The notes: generated by a model from the sequence alone, not told the origin. A stretch of 39,343 bases of DNA from a virus (IMGVR_UViG_3300016265_000323:1-39343), one strand, 5' to 3'. Shown: positions 1 through 9,653, counted from the stretch's first letter. Translations and numbers: made by a program.

Positions 1-221
1 TGGGAATCGAAGAGTGATATTGTCGTTCAGCAGGGCGGCACATGGTCGGGGAAGACTTACGGCATTATGCAATGCCTGTTCTCTTTGGCGGTGTCTGGTA
101 ACTACGTTATTACCGTTGTCGGTCAGGATATACCGAACTTAAAGCGCGGTGCATTACGTGACGCGCAGACAATCGAAAGCAGTTCACCGATACTGAAGCA
201 GTTGATACAATCGTACAACGC
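1..221. repeat. Terminal direct repeat, left copy (221 bp, same as 39123-39343)
   Basis: TGGGAATCGAAGAG...TCGTACAACGC occurs at both ends. It lies inside the terL reading frame, so it is most likely an assembly overlap of a circular or permuted genome. Confidence 0.95.
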
Positions 222-1140
222 CTCAGATCGTATCTACAAGTTCTATTCAGGGTCAATCATTGAATTCGTATCGTATGCCAACGAACAGGATGCGCGTAAC
301 GGCAAACGTGACTTCTTATTCATCAATGAGGCTAACGGTATAACGTGGAATATCGCGGAGCAGTTGATTAACCGTACACGTATCAGGTCATTTATTGACT
401 ACAACCCTTCCGCTCCATTCTGGGCGCATGAGAAACTAATCAATACAAAGCAGTTTGGTAATAAGACGGTGCAGTTCATTAGATCGTGGCACGTTCACAA
501 TACGTTCCTAACAGCAGAGCAGCACGAACACATTGAGAAACGAACAGCGGAAGACCCCGAATGGGGGCGTGTGTACGGGCGGGGCAACACAGGAAAGATT
601 GAAGGGCTTATCTTCCGTAATTGGGACACGGTGGATTCAATACCAGACGCAGCAGCGTTAATCGGTTACGGGCTTGACTTCGGTTACACCAACGACCCTA
701 CTGCGTGCGTAGAAGTCCGCAAGATGGATAATGAGTTGTATATTGATTTGAAGATATACGAAACACAGTTAACCAACCCTGATATAGCTAGAAGGCTATT
801 AGAGGCTCAGATTTCAACGAACGTGGTCGCGGATAGTGCAGAACCTAAGTCAATAGCCGAAATACGCGCTAATGGTGTTTGGTGCGATCCTGCTGAGAAA
901 GGAAAAGATAGTATATCGAACGGTATTGACATCCTGAAGCGATACAAGATGCACATCACATCACGATCAGGGGCGTTGATTAAGGAGTTGAACGGTTACA
1001 AGTGGAAAGAGGATAAGTTAACAGGGGCGAAGTTAGCCGAACCTGCTGATCGGCAATCTGATCACGCTATTGATGCTTTGCGATACCTAGCTTTGAATAA
1101 GTTATCTTTGGTTAACGATGATTACGCATTGCACTATTGA
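1..1140 (+). CDS. terL: Terminase large subunit, PBSX/Terminase_3 type (3' part; true start at 39090 across the junction, about 390 aa in total)
   Basis: Frame is open from base 1 with Walker A GGTWSGKT, Walker B LFINEA, DYNP, nuclease-domain motif YGLDFGYTNDP and C-terminal DHAIDALRY. Confidence 0.95.
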   Translation, partial: WESKSDIVVQQGGTWSGKTYGIMQCLFSLAVSGNYVITVVGQDIPNLKRGALRDAQTIESSSPILKQLIQSYNASDRIYKFYSGSIIEFVSYANEQDARNGKRDFLFINEANGITWNIAEQLINRTRIRSFIDYNPSAPFWAHEKLINTKQFGNKTVQFIRSWHVHNTFLTAEQHEHIEKRTAEDPEWGRVYGRGNTGKIEGLIFRNWDTVDSIPDAAALIGYGLDFGYTNDPTACVEVRKMDNELYIDLKIYETQLTNPDIARRLLEAQISTNVVADSAEPKSIAEIRANGVWCDPAEKGKDSISNGIDILKRYKMHITSRSGALIKELNGYKWKEDKLTGAKLAEPADRQSDHAIDALRYLALNKLSLVNDDYALHY

Positions 1141-1159
1141 TAAAGTGTTGATAACAGGT

Positions 1160-1191
1160 ATTGCATTATTGAAATCCTTGTATTTACTTTG
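1160..1191 (+). promoter_or_regulatory. Possible Bacteroidota sigma70-type promoter
   Basis: TTG (1161-1163), 20 nt spacer, TTACTTTG (1184-1191; one mismatch to TAnnTTTG). Confidence 0.4.
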
Positions 1192-1197
1192 TGGCAT

Positions 1198-1295
1198 GAG
1201 TTTGGTGGCTCTGAAAGGTTTTGGTTTCGCGGTTCATAGCGCGTTTCGTTGATAAACCCCTGATGTGTCCACCAACGCTCAGGGGTTATTTTTTA
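1198..1295 (+). promoter_or_regulatory. Structured leader or attenuator-like hairpin
   Basis: Stem AACCCCTGA (1255-1263)/TCAGGGGTT (1279-1287) followed by a T-rich tract. Loop CCACCAA (1269-1275) is complementary to upstream TTGGTGG (1202-1208). Confidence 0.5.
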
Positions 1296-1537
1296 ATATT
1301 ATGCGACTTCAATAACAACACTTCAACCCGACACGTAGCATACGTTGGTGCAACTGCTGAAACTTTAGCTGATAACAGTTATTGGATCGCGCAATATTTG
1401 AAACTGGAAATAAAAAAACAGACACGTTTTTCTTTCTTTCTTTCCTTTGTGTTTCTTCTGGGGGCTTGTTTTTTTCCTTTGTCCCTTTCTTTTTAGCAGA
1501 CACTTAGAACGCGAGAACAGACACGCAAAAAAAAGAG

Positions 1538-1792
1538 ATGAGCAATATCAAATTAAATCACTCTAGGCATTTGAACGGAGTTAATCCGTATTCAAAAAGT
1601 ATTCTGCCAAAATCAAAATTAAAAGTTATTGATTTAAATTCTACTTTGGACTTTGGAAAGTACATTGGCATGAAAGTAAAAGATGCAATCAAATTAAATC
1701 CTGATTACTTCAAATGGCTGATGAAAAACACGACGAAACAATTTGACGCGGATGTGATAAAGTTGTTGAAATCAAACAACACAAGCCTCTAA
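1538..1792 (+). CDS. Small protein with FGKY motif (DUF3820 / ExoX C-terminal-like)
   Basis: TLDFGKYIGMKVKD...PDYFKWL matches the FGKYxG...P.Y..WL pattern. Confidence 0.7.
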   Translation: MSNIKLNHSRHLNGVNPYSKSILPKSKLKVIDLNSTLDFGKYIGMKVKDAIKLNPDYFKWLMKNTTKQFDADVIKLLKSNNTSL

Positions 1793-1909
1793 CGGTGAAT
1801 ATAAATAACATTAACTAAAACAATAAGCTATAAACGAGATCGAGAAACTTTAATACCTTTGACTTTAATCAGTTCGTTCTTTATACTCCGCGTGAAGCGG
1901 TGTTTGCGC

Positions 1910-1936
1910 AAGCCCTCAGAAATGGGGGCTTTTTTT
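1910..1936 (+). terminator. Rho-independent terminator
   Basis: AAGCCCTCA-GAAA-TGGGGGCTT followed by a T run. Confidence 0.8.
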
Positions 1937-1942
1937 ATTCCC

Positions 1943-1970
1943 TAAACTTTCGCCCGATTTGACTATTAAG
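1943..1970 (+). promoter_or_regulatory. Phage late promoter motif, copy 1
   Basis: TAAAC-N14-ACTATTAAG, 3 nt before ATG 1974; one of four copies. Confidence 0.75.
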
Positions 1971-1973
1971 TTT

Positions 1974-2639
1974 ATGAATTGGAGCAAGGTAACAGTACGG
2001 CAGATGCCTGAGATAATGGCGCTGTTAAACTTCCACACGGGCGATCTACTAGAGTTATTTGATCGTGACGTGCAACTGATCAGCATGATAACGGGAATGT
2101 CTCAGGACTACATTAACGCAATGAAGCCTGCGGAGTTCAGCAAGTATAGGACGGAGTTGTACGAACTGATCAGCACAGAGCCTAAATCGAACTTTAACAC
2201 GGTGCTGACTGTGGGAGGTCGTAAATTCATATTCGTGGCATCAGCAAAAGATGTAACGGTTAAAGAGTTGTCTGAGATACATTTGCTAAATATCAAAGAA
2301 GATAATTTTTACAGCAAATTACCGCTGATTGTTTCCGTGTTCGCTAAAGAGAGTACAGGGTTAAAGTTTTGGAAGAAAAAGTTATCATTCTCGGATAAGG
2401 TTGAACTGTTCAAAGACTTACCAGTTGATCAGGCGAACGGTATCGCGCTTTTTTTTTGCAAGGTCTATCCAGTATTAGAAAAGCGTATTCAAAACTCTTT
2501 GGCGAAGATCGTAAGCGTGAATCTGAGCAAATTGAGGACAACGCTCGACCAACTGCGTTCGAAAGATGGGGATGGCTCAAAGTTATCTACGAACTCACCG
2601 ACGGGGACATCACGAAGGAAAAAGAATACTTCGAAATGA
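1974..2639 (+). CDS. Tail assembly chaperone (gpG-like)
   Basis: ATG 1974 follows the late motif. A T9 slippery run at 2449-2457 coincides with the start of an overlapping -1 frame ORF. Confidence 0.65.
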   Translation: MNWSKVTVRQMPEIMALLNFHTGDLLELFDRDVQLISMITGMSQDYINAMKPAEFSKYRTELYELISTEPKSNFNTVLTVGGRKFIFVASAKDVTVKELSEIHLLNIKEDNFYSKLPLIVSVFAKESTGLKFWKKKLSFSDKVELFKDLPVDQANGIALFFCKVYPVLEKRIQNSLAKIVSVNLSKLRTTLDQLRSKDGDGSKLSTNSPTGTSRRKKNTSK

Positions 2640-2737
2640 ATGTTGTGGAGTTCTACAATCGTTTAGCGATGATCCGCGATATACAGGCAGTACACGAAGA
2701 TATTAAACAAGCGTTACTCAATGGCAAAAGACCTTAA
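2456..2737 (+). CDS. -1 frameshift extension of tail chaperone (gpGT-like)
   Basis: -1 frame relative to 1974-2639, begins within the T run, ends overlapping the next gene; contains RWGWLKVIYELTDGD. Confidence 0.65.
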   Translation: MQGLSSIRKAYSKLFGEDRKRESEQIEDNARPTAFERWGWLKVIYELTDGDITKEKEYFEMNVVEFYNRLAMIRDIQAVHEDIKQALLNGKRP

Positions 2738-3296
2738 CGAAGTATTGCAAGATCAACTAACAGTCTGGGCAACGGGATTGAGCGAAGAGATACGCGCTAA
2801 TCTTGTTTCTAAAGACGCGTGGTTTGATCAATCTACTTTGGCACAGTCTATACACGTCATGCCTACCGAAATCACGGCTACGGGCTTCCTAGTGCGTATA
2901 GTGATGCCTGAGTACGCTCAGTTCGTGGATAAAGGCAGAGGGGCAACGAAAAACAGAGCGCGGTCAATCAGCGGAACGGTTCAGCGCAAGTTGGAAGGTG
3001 CAAGCGGATGGATAGCGCGTCGAGCGATACCGCCTCCGATGGTTATACAGGTTAATCGGAAGAACAGCAAAGGAGAGGTTAAGACATACACGAAACGATT
3101 CAAGAACATAAACGAAGCGAACAGGTCATTGTCGTTTGCAATATCTAGAAAGATTCATCAACACGGGTACAAATCGAAAGGCTATGGGTTTTACTCGGAG
3201 ATATTCAACGATGGCGCGTTAACGGAACTCAGCAAACGATTAGAGCCGTTATTGGGTGAACAAATCGAAGTGCAACTAATTGAAGGAGTAGAGTAA
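2721..3296 (+). CDS. Putative tail completion/neck protein (HK97 gp10-like)
   Basis: 191 aa with YAQFVDKGR...W...FAISRKIHQHG pattern; lies in the structural operon. Confidence 0.5.
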   Translation: MAKDLNEVLQDQLTVWATGLSEEIRANLVSKDAWFDQSTLAQSIHVMPTEITATGFLVRIVMPEYAQFVDKGRGATKNRARSISGTVQRKLEGASGWIARRAIPPPMVIQVNRKNSKGEVKTYTKRFKNINEANRSLSFAISRKIHQHGYKSKGYGFYSEIFNDGALTELSKRLEPLLGEQIEVQLIEGVE

Positions 3297-4570
3297 TGGC
3301 ATTAACAATTCAACAGCAGCCCGACATCTGGACACCTGCGTATAATCCAATGGTATTCGTATTGGATTCAAACAACAACGCACAGCCTAACTTCCGATAC
3401 GTTGCGGACATCTACGTAAGTGGAAGTACGGGCAGACAACTACGAATGCTTGCGTCCGCATCTCCTACGTTATCTCAGGGCGTGTTCGACGTGTCCCCGA
3501 TTATATCTACTTTCTTAGGGGAGTTGGAAGACAGCATCAACGGATTCAACATCAACAAAACTACAAACGGGTTCGGTTTGGCAGCGTCTTCTATGGTTGC
3601 GTATGAGGTTAAGTTCGGTGAACAGTACGGGACGACATTAGCAATAACCACATATCCTGATATTACTGTAACAGGAACTAAGTACAGTTTCAACGGATGC
3701 TACGATACGGCAACGTGGAGCGGTTATGACTTCACAACATTTGACGGCACATCAATAGCCATTGAAGATACGAACGAGACGCTCAACCGTATGCCGTACA
3801 CAACATCTTATCAGTTCAGCGTAGGTTATCAAGATCGCTATTTGCACTTCATCACAAACTCTTCAAATAAGATAGCACAGGCTGAGATTAAGACATACGA
3901 TTTCAGCGGCAACCTTGTTGACACAGGAGTAATTACAAACCCGTATGCGGTTCATGCTTTTTACACCTATCGCAGACAGTTCTTCAGTTGCGGTATGCGT
4001 TCATTGAATAACGCTACATACTCTTCAGGATCGATTACGATAAATGATTCAGTAGCTTATTACACCGTTGATCTTCAGAATAACTTGGGCGTTTCTCAGT
4101 TAGCTTCATTGTACCGATTCAACAACGATACAACCTGCTATTCTGGTCGTTCCCCGATTTCGTTACATTGGTTAAACGATCAGGGTGCGTTCGATTCTAA
4201 GGAGTTCACGATGGTCAACCGTCCTAAGACTAAGAAGACCGAAAGCACATTTAAGCGAAAACTGGGAATAGAAACTAACAACGCCTATGGTTATGTTAAT
4301 TCAGACGCAGGGACGGTGGTAATTGATACAACAATACAGGAGCGATACGAACTTCAATCGGATTGGACAGACATAGATGAAAGTTTAATGCTCAACCAGT
4401 TGATACAATCGCCTGTTGTATTCATGGATATTAACGGTAAGTTGTTAAGAGGTCGCATTGTTTCACCAACGGAAGCGGAGATTAAATCGGTGTCATTCGG
4501 AAACATCGAACTTGATAACCTGAAGATTGTATTTGAGTGTGCGGTGGATTCTAAACGTCAGCGTGCATGA
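3296..4570 (+). CDS. Putative tail structural protein
   Basis: 424 aa, beta-rich, WLNDQGAFDS motif; translationally coupled (TAATG) and upstream of the large tail protein. Confidence 0.55.
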   Translation: MALTIQQQPDIWTPAYNPMVFVLDSNNNAQPNFRYVADIYVSGSTGRQLRMLASASPTLSQGVFDVSPIISTFLGELEDSINGFNINKTTNGFGLAASSMVAYEVKFGEQYGTTLAITTYPDITVTGTKYSFNGCYDTATWSGYDFTTFDGTSIAIEDTNETLNRMPYTTSYQFSVGYQDRYLHFITNSSNKIAQAEIKTYDFSGNLVDTGVITNPYAVHAFYTYRRQFFSCGMRSLNNATYSSGSITINDSVAYYTVDLQNNLGVSQLASLYRFNNDTTCYSGRSPISLHWLNDQGAFDSKEFTMVNRPKTKKTESTFKRKLGIETNNAYGYVNSDAGTVVIDTTIQERYELQSDWTDIDESLMLNQLIQSPVVFMDINGKLLRGRIVSPTEAEIKSVSFGNIELDNLKIVFECAVDSKRQRA

Positions 4571-7287
4571 GGACAGAATTGTATATCAACGGCACACGTG
4601 TTGACCTTTATGAAGAGGTTGGTGTTAGCCTTAACCTTGCGATTTCGGATATAAAAAATCCTGATAAACGTGTTAGCGCATTTAGCCGTACCGTTAAGAT
4701 CGCAGGGTCTAGTGTTGTTAACAGGCTGTTCAGCCACATCTTTGATTTTACGGAGATACAGAATACCACTACAACGAACTTCACGCCTGATTACAATCCT
4801 AACCTAAAGGCTACGGCTATTGTATTGTGTGACGGTGCGGAGCAGTTCAGAGGGTATGTTCGTATGCGGAATATTATCCGCGAAGGTTCGGACTTATCAA
4901 AGATCACGTATGAGATAGAACTGTTCGGAGAGTTGGGTAATATCGTAACGAATTTAGGTAGTGCTTTGATGAGCGAACTAGATTTATCAGAATACAATCA
5001 TACTTACGATAGATCAACGCAGAAGGCAACATGGACAACGATCCATCCATCTGGCGGTTATTACTACCCGATGATTCAGTACGGTGATAATGACGGTGTG
5101 AATTGGAATGTTAATCACTTCTACCCTGCTGTGTATGAGAAAGTGTATTTGGATAAGATTTTAGAATATGCAGGTTACACTTACGAATCTCCGTTCTTAG
5201 AGGGAAGTATTTACAGCAAATTTGTCGTTCCGCATACTGGCGAATCGTTTCTTCTTAGTCAGGATCAAGCAAATAATAGATTATTTGATTCTAAAATTTC
5301 CGCCCCTTACACAATACTTGACACTACAACATGGGGAACAATACCCGTGCCGTTCATATTCGACGCAGAGATTACGGATATTGATAATCAATACGATCCA
5401 TTAACGGGAGTGTTTACGTGCGTGTCGGCAGGGTACTATGAATTCAAAGTGTCGGGAGATTTTAACTGGTCTGCGGTTGGCGGTTCGTGGTCTGGTGCTT
5501 CGTCTAATTGGCTTACAGTAGTTATCTATCACAGACGCGGAAGCACTACAATGGCAATAGCACAGCAGAACGTGTATAATAATAACTCATCGCTTGCATC
5601 TGGCAACACATCGGCAACGAAGTCTTTTACCGTCACATCTCCAACAACTCAAATAAATGCAGGTGATGAATTATGGGTATGGTTTTATCCTCAGTTCAAC
5701 GGTTTTTCGCCCGTAGGTTGGCAGTACGCGCAGTTTAATCTAGTCAATGCAAAATTCTTCAACAGCGTTAACAACGCGTCGATAGTAGAGGGCGGTACGG
5801 TGGATATGAACGCAGCGATTCCGCGTGATATTAAGATGGTTGACTTCCTTATGAGCGTTATTAAGGATTTCAACTTAATGCTTGAGCCTGATAAAAATTT
5901 GCCGAATAAGGTGTACATAGACACGGCAGCGGACTTTTATGGCAGCGGAACTATCCGCGACTGGTCTAAGAAGATGGACGTAAGTAAGCCTGTGATGTTA
6001 GCACCAATGGGAGCGTTAGATGCAAGGCGTTACATATTGCAATGGACACCTGCGGAAGATTGGATTAACAAAGAATACACATCGGAGTTTCAGGAAGGCT
6101 ACGGCATGAAGAAGTATGACGTTGCTAACGACTTCCTGAAGAATGATAACGTGTACACTTCTATCTTCAGCCCTTCCCCGTTGGTCGGAAGCAATAACGA
6201 TGATCGCGTCTATCCGCACATCTACGTTAAGGACGCATCAGGCAACAGACGCAGAGTAAAGTCAGGCATTCGCAGATTGTACGCAGGAGGTGCGATCAGT
6301 ACGGGTCAGTCGTGGAATTACATCACAGCATCTGGTACATTTACTGAAACGGACTACCCGTATGCAGGTCATCTTGATAGCATCAGTACACCAACGCTTG
6401 ACGTAAACTTTACCAATCCGCGCAGGGTATATTATACTCCGACTAATTACACGGACGGCAACCTTTGGAATCTTTACCACAAAAAGTACATTGATGAAAT
6501 CACGGATAAGAACAGCAAGATATTAACGGCTTACTTCTATTTAACACCGTTCGACATTGCTCGTTTGAGTTTCCGTGACCCGATCTTTATTGATAATCAG
6601 TATTACCGATTACAGAAGATTGTGGACTACAATCCTGCAACGGTGTCAACTACTAAATGTGAGTTGTTGCTAATTAAGACGCGTGAGGCTTTCGTATCAA
6701 CTACCTATCCGTGGCTTTCGTATCAGGACAACACAAACGGCAACGTAGATAGTACGCCACGCGGTGACGGAGGTGATAGCGGAGGTGTTAACGTATTTAG
6801 CGGAGAAGGAATCTTCATTGAATCGGGAACGGTTGGTAATGCTGTGTTCGGTTCGCGTAACGTGGTGGGAGGTGATCGTAATTTTGTTGCGGCATCTTCG
6901 GGGGTACAGATTTACCCAGACATTTACGGTGCTGTGGTTATCAACTCGGATAACGTAACAGTAACTAGAAACAATGAGACGTGGATAAACGGTACTAAGT
7001 ACACATTCGGAAGTAGCAATGTTTACAACATAACATCAAACTATACTATCACCGAAGCAGGAACATATTACTGCGATGGACTATTGACGTTATCGCTTGA
7101 ATCAACAGTATTAGCAGTAAATGATAGGATTCAGATATTTAATCTAGGTAGCAGCACCGTAACAGTTGCAGGTAACGGATTGAACATTGTGTACGCTAAT
7201 AACAACAGCGTAGCATCATTTAATTTGAACCACAAATACGAATCGTTGACACTTACATACGCAGGAACTTATTATATCGTAACGTAA
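4567..7287 (+). CDS. Large tail tip/hub protein with probable receptor-binding C-terminus
   Basis: 906 aa; N-terminal DLYEE...ISDI...FSRT pattern of tail proteins; internal GVFT...GYYEF segment resembling C1q-like domains; G/S/N-rich C-terminus. Confidence 0.65.
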   Translation: MRTELYINGTRVDLYEEVGVSLNLAISDIKNPDKRVSAFSRTVKIAGSSVVNRLFSHIFDFTEIQNTTTTNFTPDYNPNLKATAIVLCDGAEQFRGYVRMRNIIREGSDLSKITYEIELFGELGNIVTNLGSALMSELDLSEYNHTYDRSTQKATWTTIHPSGGYYYPMIQYGDNDGVNWNVNHFYPAVYEKVYLDKILEYAGYTYESPFLEGSIYSKFVVPHTGESFLLSQDQANNRLFDSKISAPYTILDTTTWGTIPVPFIFDAEITDIDNQYDPLTGVFTCVSAGYYEFKVSGDFNWSAVGGSWSGASSNWLTVVIYHRRGSTTMAIAQQNVYNNNSSLASGNTSATKSFTVTSPTTQINAGDELWVWFYPQFNGFSPVGWQYAQFNLVNAKFFNSVNNASIVEGGTVDMNAAIPRDIKMVDFLMSVIKDFNLMLEPDKNLPNKVYIDTAADFYGSGTIRDWSKKMDVSKPVMLAPMGALDARRYILQWTPAEDWINKEYTSEFQEGYGMKKYDVANDFLKNDNVYTSIFSPSPLVGSNNDDRVYPHIYVKDASGNRRRVKSGIRRLYAGGAISTGQSWNYITASGTFTETDYPYAGHLDSISTPTLDVNFTNPRRVYYTPTNYTDGNLWNLYHKKYIDEITDKNSKILTAYFYLTPFDIARLSFRDPIFIDNQYYRLQKIVDYNPATVSTTKCELLLIKTREAFVSTTYPWLSYQDNTNGNVDSTPRGDGGDSGGVNVFSGEGIFIESGTVGNAVFGSRNVVGGDRNFVAASSGVQIYPDIYGAVVINSDNVTVTRNNETWINGTKYTFGSSNVYNITSNYTITEAGTYYCDGLLTLSLESTVLAVNDRIQIFNLGSSTVTVAGNGLNIVYANNNSVASFNLNHKYESLTLTYAGTYYIVT

Positions 7288-7934
7288 TGACATACCTAAC
7301 ATCAATAGGAGGCGCGTCAGGATCGCCATCATGGGGAAGTATAACAGGCTCTTTATCTAGTCAATCCGACTTAGTTTCTGCTTTGGCAGGTAAGGCATCA
7401 ACATCGCACACACACGCACAATCAGACATTACCAATTTGGTTACTGACTTGGCAGGAAAAGCCGATTCGGTACACACGCACTCTCAATACGAAGACAAAT
7501 GGACTTACACAACACTAGGATCGAATAGTACAGTAAGTACAACAACATTCGCTAACGTGTCGGGATTGTCGTTTAGTGCATTGGCAAATACAAAGTACCT
7601 GATCACTTTGAACGGTGCGTACCAAACAGCAGCTACAACGACAGGGATATCGTTAGCATTAGATATACCAACGGGCGCGACGATCATCGGTCAGAACATC
7701 GTGTCAACATCTGCAACGGCACTAGGTGGAACGGAACAATTAGCCGATGCCACAACAACGGGAGCAACAACGGGAGTACGTGCGATAAACACCAACACCC
7801 CGATTCAATCATTTTGGATTGTGTCGGTTGGTGGCACGGCAGGTACGATACAGTTAATGCAGCGTTCGGAGATTGCAGCATCTAACACAGTATTACAGGC
7901 TACATTAACAGTAATGGGTTACAGAACAATATAA
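7287..7934 (+). CDS. Tail fibre-like protein
   Basis: WGSITGSLSSQSDL and two HTH-containing tail repeats (KASTSHTHAQSDITNL, KADSVHTH); S/T-rich. Confidence 0.7.
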   Translation: MTYLTSIGGASGSPSWGSITGSLSSQSDLVSALAGKASTSHTHAQSDITNLVTDLAGKADSVHTHSQYEDKWTYTTLGSNSTVSTTTFANVSGLSFSALANTKYLITLNGAYQTAATTTGISLALDIPTGATIIGQNIVSTSATALGGTEQLADATTTGATTGVRAINTNTPIQSFWIVSVGGTAGTIQLMQRSEIAASNTVLQATLTVMGYRTI

Positions 7935-7935
7935 C

Positions 7936-9624
7936 ATGGCAGAATTAAATTTAGATATAGTCATCAACAACGCTGAGGCTGCTCAGTCAGTTGGAGAGAT
8001 ACGCACTCAATTAAAAGAGTTGAAGAATGCTATGCTTCAGGTCGGGGAAGGTTCGGAAGAGTTCAACCGACTTGCGATGGCAGCAGGTGATTTGAAGGAG
8101 CGCATGAACGAAGCCAACGAAGCGGTACAGGCGTTTAACCCTGATGCGTTAGAAGCCGTTGGGAACTTTGCAGGGAAAGCCGCTTCAGGCGTTTCACTCG
8201 TTACTGGTGCTATGGGATTGTTCGGTGAGCAATCGAAGGAAACGGAGAAAGCGTTGCTGAAGGTTCAGAGCGCAATGGCATTCGCTCAAGGTATTCAAGG
8301 TATCAAGGGCTTGGGTCGTGCGTTTACGAACCTGTTTAACATCATTTCGGCTAACCCTGTGGCGGCGTTCGCGATTGCTATTGCAGCACTAGGCACAGCG
8401 TTGTATAAGGTTTATCAGGCGCAACAGGACGCGAACTCAGAACTTGCAAAGGCGACACGCGAATATGAAAAACAAAAAGAGATAACCGCTGAACTTGTAA
8501 GAGAAAAACAGCAGGAGATCGAATTACTCGAAGCGCAGGGTGCAAGTACGGCTCAAGTAATTGAGGCTAAACGCGCATTGATAGCAGCGCAAATTGCAGA
8601 GGCAGAAGCGGCTATTAAAGTTAACGAACTGAAAGTACAGGAGGTTCAAAATAACGAATCACTGTGGGAATCTTTGCTGAAGGTTGCAGACGTTGTTAAC
8701 GGTACGAATCAGGCTGAGGCGGCTATTGCTCAGAATAAGAAAGAAAGAGCGGAAGAGGCACAGCAACAGATTAAAGAACAGAAGGCTGCATTAGACGATC
8801 TGAAACATCAGTTAGATGTATTGGCAATCGAAGAGAAAAAAGCGGCTGAGGAATCTAAAAATACTAATGCAAACGCCAACGCGGACAAAGCACAGAAGCG
8901 CACAGAAGATCGCATGAGCCATGCGGAGTATGTACGCATGAAGCATGAGAAAGAGGAAGAGGCACACATCGCAGAACTCAAACGCGAAAAAGAAGCAGCA
9001 GAGGAACGCGAACGCAGACGCGTTGAAGATTTACAGAATCACCGCGCATACCTTGAGGCAAAGCGTAAGAAAGAGTACGATGAATACGTTGCTAAACGCA
9101 AACAAGCGCAACGCGAAAGACAACAGGAACAGGAAGATAGAGATTGGAAATTATCAATGCTTTCTTCTGTGTTTAGTTCGCTTTCATCTTTAATGAGTAA
9201 AAATGTTAAGGCTCAGAAAGCATTTGCCGTTGCTCAAACAACCATTGACACATACGCAGCGGCTCAGAAAGCATACGCATCGCAGTTATCAATCCCAACT
9301 CCTGACGCACCTATCCGCGCAAACATCGCCGCTGCCGTTGCGGTGTTATCAGGATTAGCGCGTGTACGTCAGATATTAGCAGTTGATTCTAATGGAGGCG
9401 GTAGCGGTGGTGGTATGTCTTCATCAGGAGGCGGTATCGGCTCATTAGAAGTATCAACGCAGCCGAATATCAACACATCGGCTCAACCTTCTACGCTGTT
9501 AAATGAACAGGGGCAGATCATAAACCAACAGAGCCAGACACAGCCGCAGATGTGGGTATCAGTCGCGGAAATCAACTCCACGAACACCAACGTCCGCACG
9601 GCAGAGGAACGTGCGAGAATCTAA
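7936..9624 (+). CDS. Tape measure-like protein
   Basis: 562 aa, Ala/Glu/Lys-rich coiled coil with hydrophobic Ala/Gly segments. Confidence 0.7.
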   Translation: MAELNLDIVINNAEAAQSVGEIRTQLKELKNAMLQVGEGSEEFNRLAMAAGDLKERMNEANEAVQAFNPDALEAVGNFAGKAASGVSLVTGAMGLFGEQSKETEKALLKVQSAMAFAQGIQGIKGLGRAFTNLFNIISANPVAAFAIAIAALGTALYKVYQAQQDANSELAKATREYEKQKEITAELVREKQQEIELLEAQGASTAQVIEAKRALIAAQIAEAEAAIKVNELKVQEVQNNESLWESLLKVADVVNGTNQAEAAIAQNKKERAEEAQQQIKEQKAALDDLKHQLDVLAIEEKKAAEESKNTNANANADKAQKRTEDRMSHAEYVRMKHEKEEEAHIAELKREKEAAEERERRRVEDLQNHRAYLEAKRKKEYDEYVAKRKQAQRERQQEQEDRDWKLSMLSSVFSSLSSLMSKNVKAQKAFAVAQTTIDTYAAAQKAYASQLSIPTPDAPIRANIAAAVAVLSGLARVRQILAVDSNGGGSGGGMSSSGGGIGSLEVSTQPNINTSAQPSTLLNEQGQIINQQSQTQPQMWVSVAEINSTNTNVRTAEERARI

Positions 9625-9650
9625 ACAATACACGATTAAACACTATTAAG
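9622..9650 (+). promoter_or_regulatory. Phage late promoter motif, copy 2
   Basis: TAAAC-N15-ACTATTAAG, 3 nt before ATG 9654. Confidence 0.75.
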
Positions 9651-9653
9651 ATC

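Noticed and set aside
1-221. Biological fixed terminal repeat
   Set aside because: It falls mid-gene in terL and is more simply an assembly overlap; reads are needed to decide.
1221-1503. ORFs 1221-1496 (+) and 1309-1503 (-)
   Set aside because: They overlap a regulatory hairpin and a low-complexity pyrimidine tract, have weak starts and show no recognisable motif.
1784-1815. Possible third attC half-site (CTCTAACGGTG at the stop of 1538-1792)
   Set aside because: It resembles the cassette-end pattern, but I found no partner arm or matching box.
9552-9653. Upstream starts given by the ORF track (1959, 9552, 12726, 21993, 28226, 30507, 36557)
   Set aside because: They run through promoters, leaders or upstream genes; the downstream ATGs fit the motifs.
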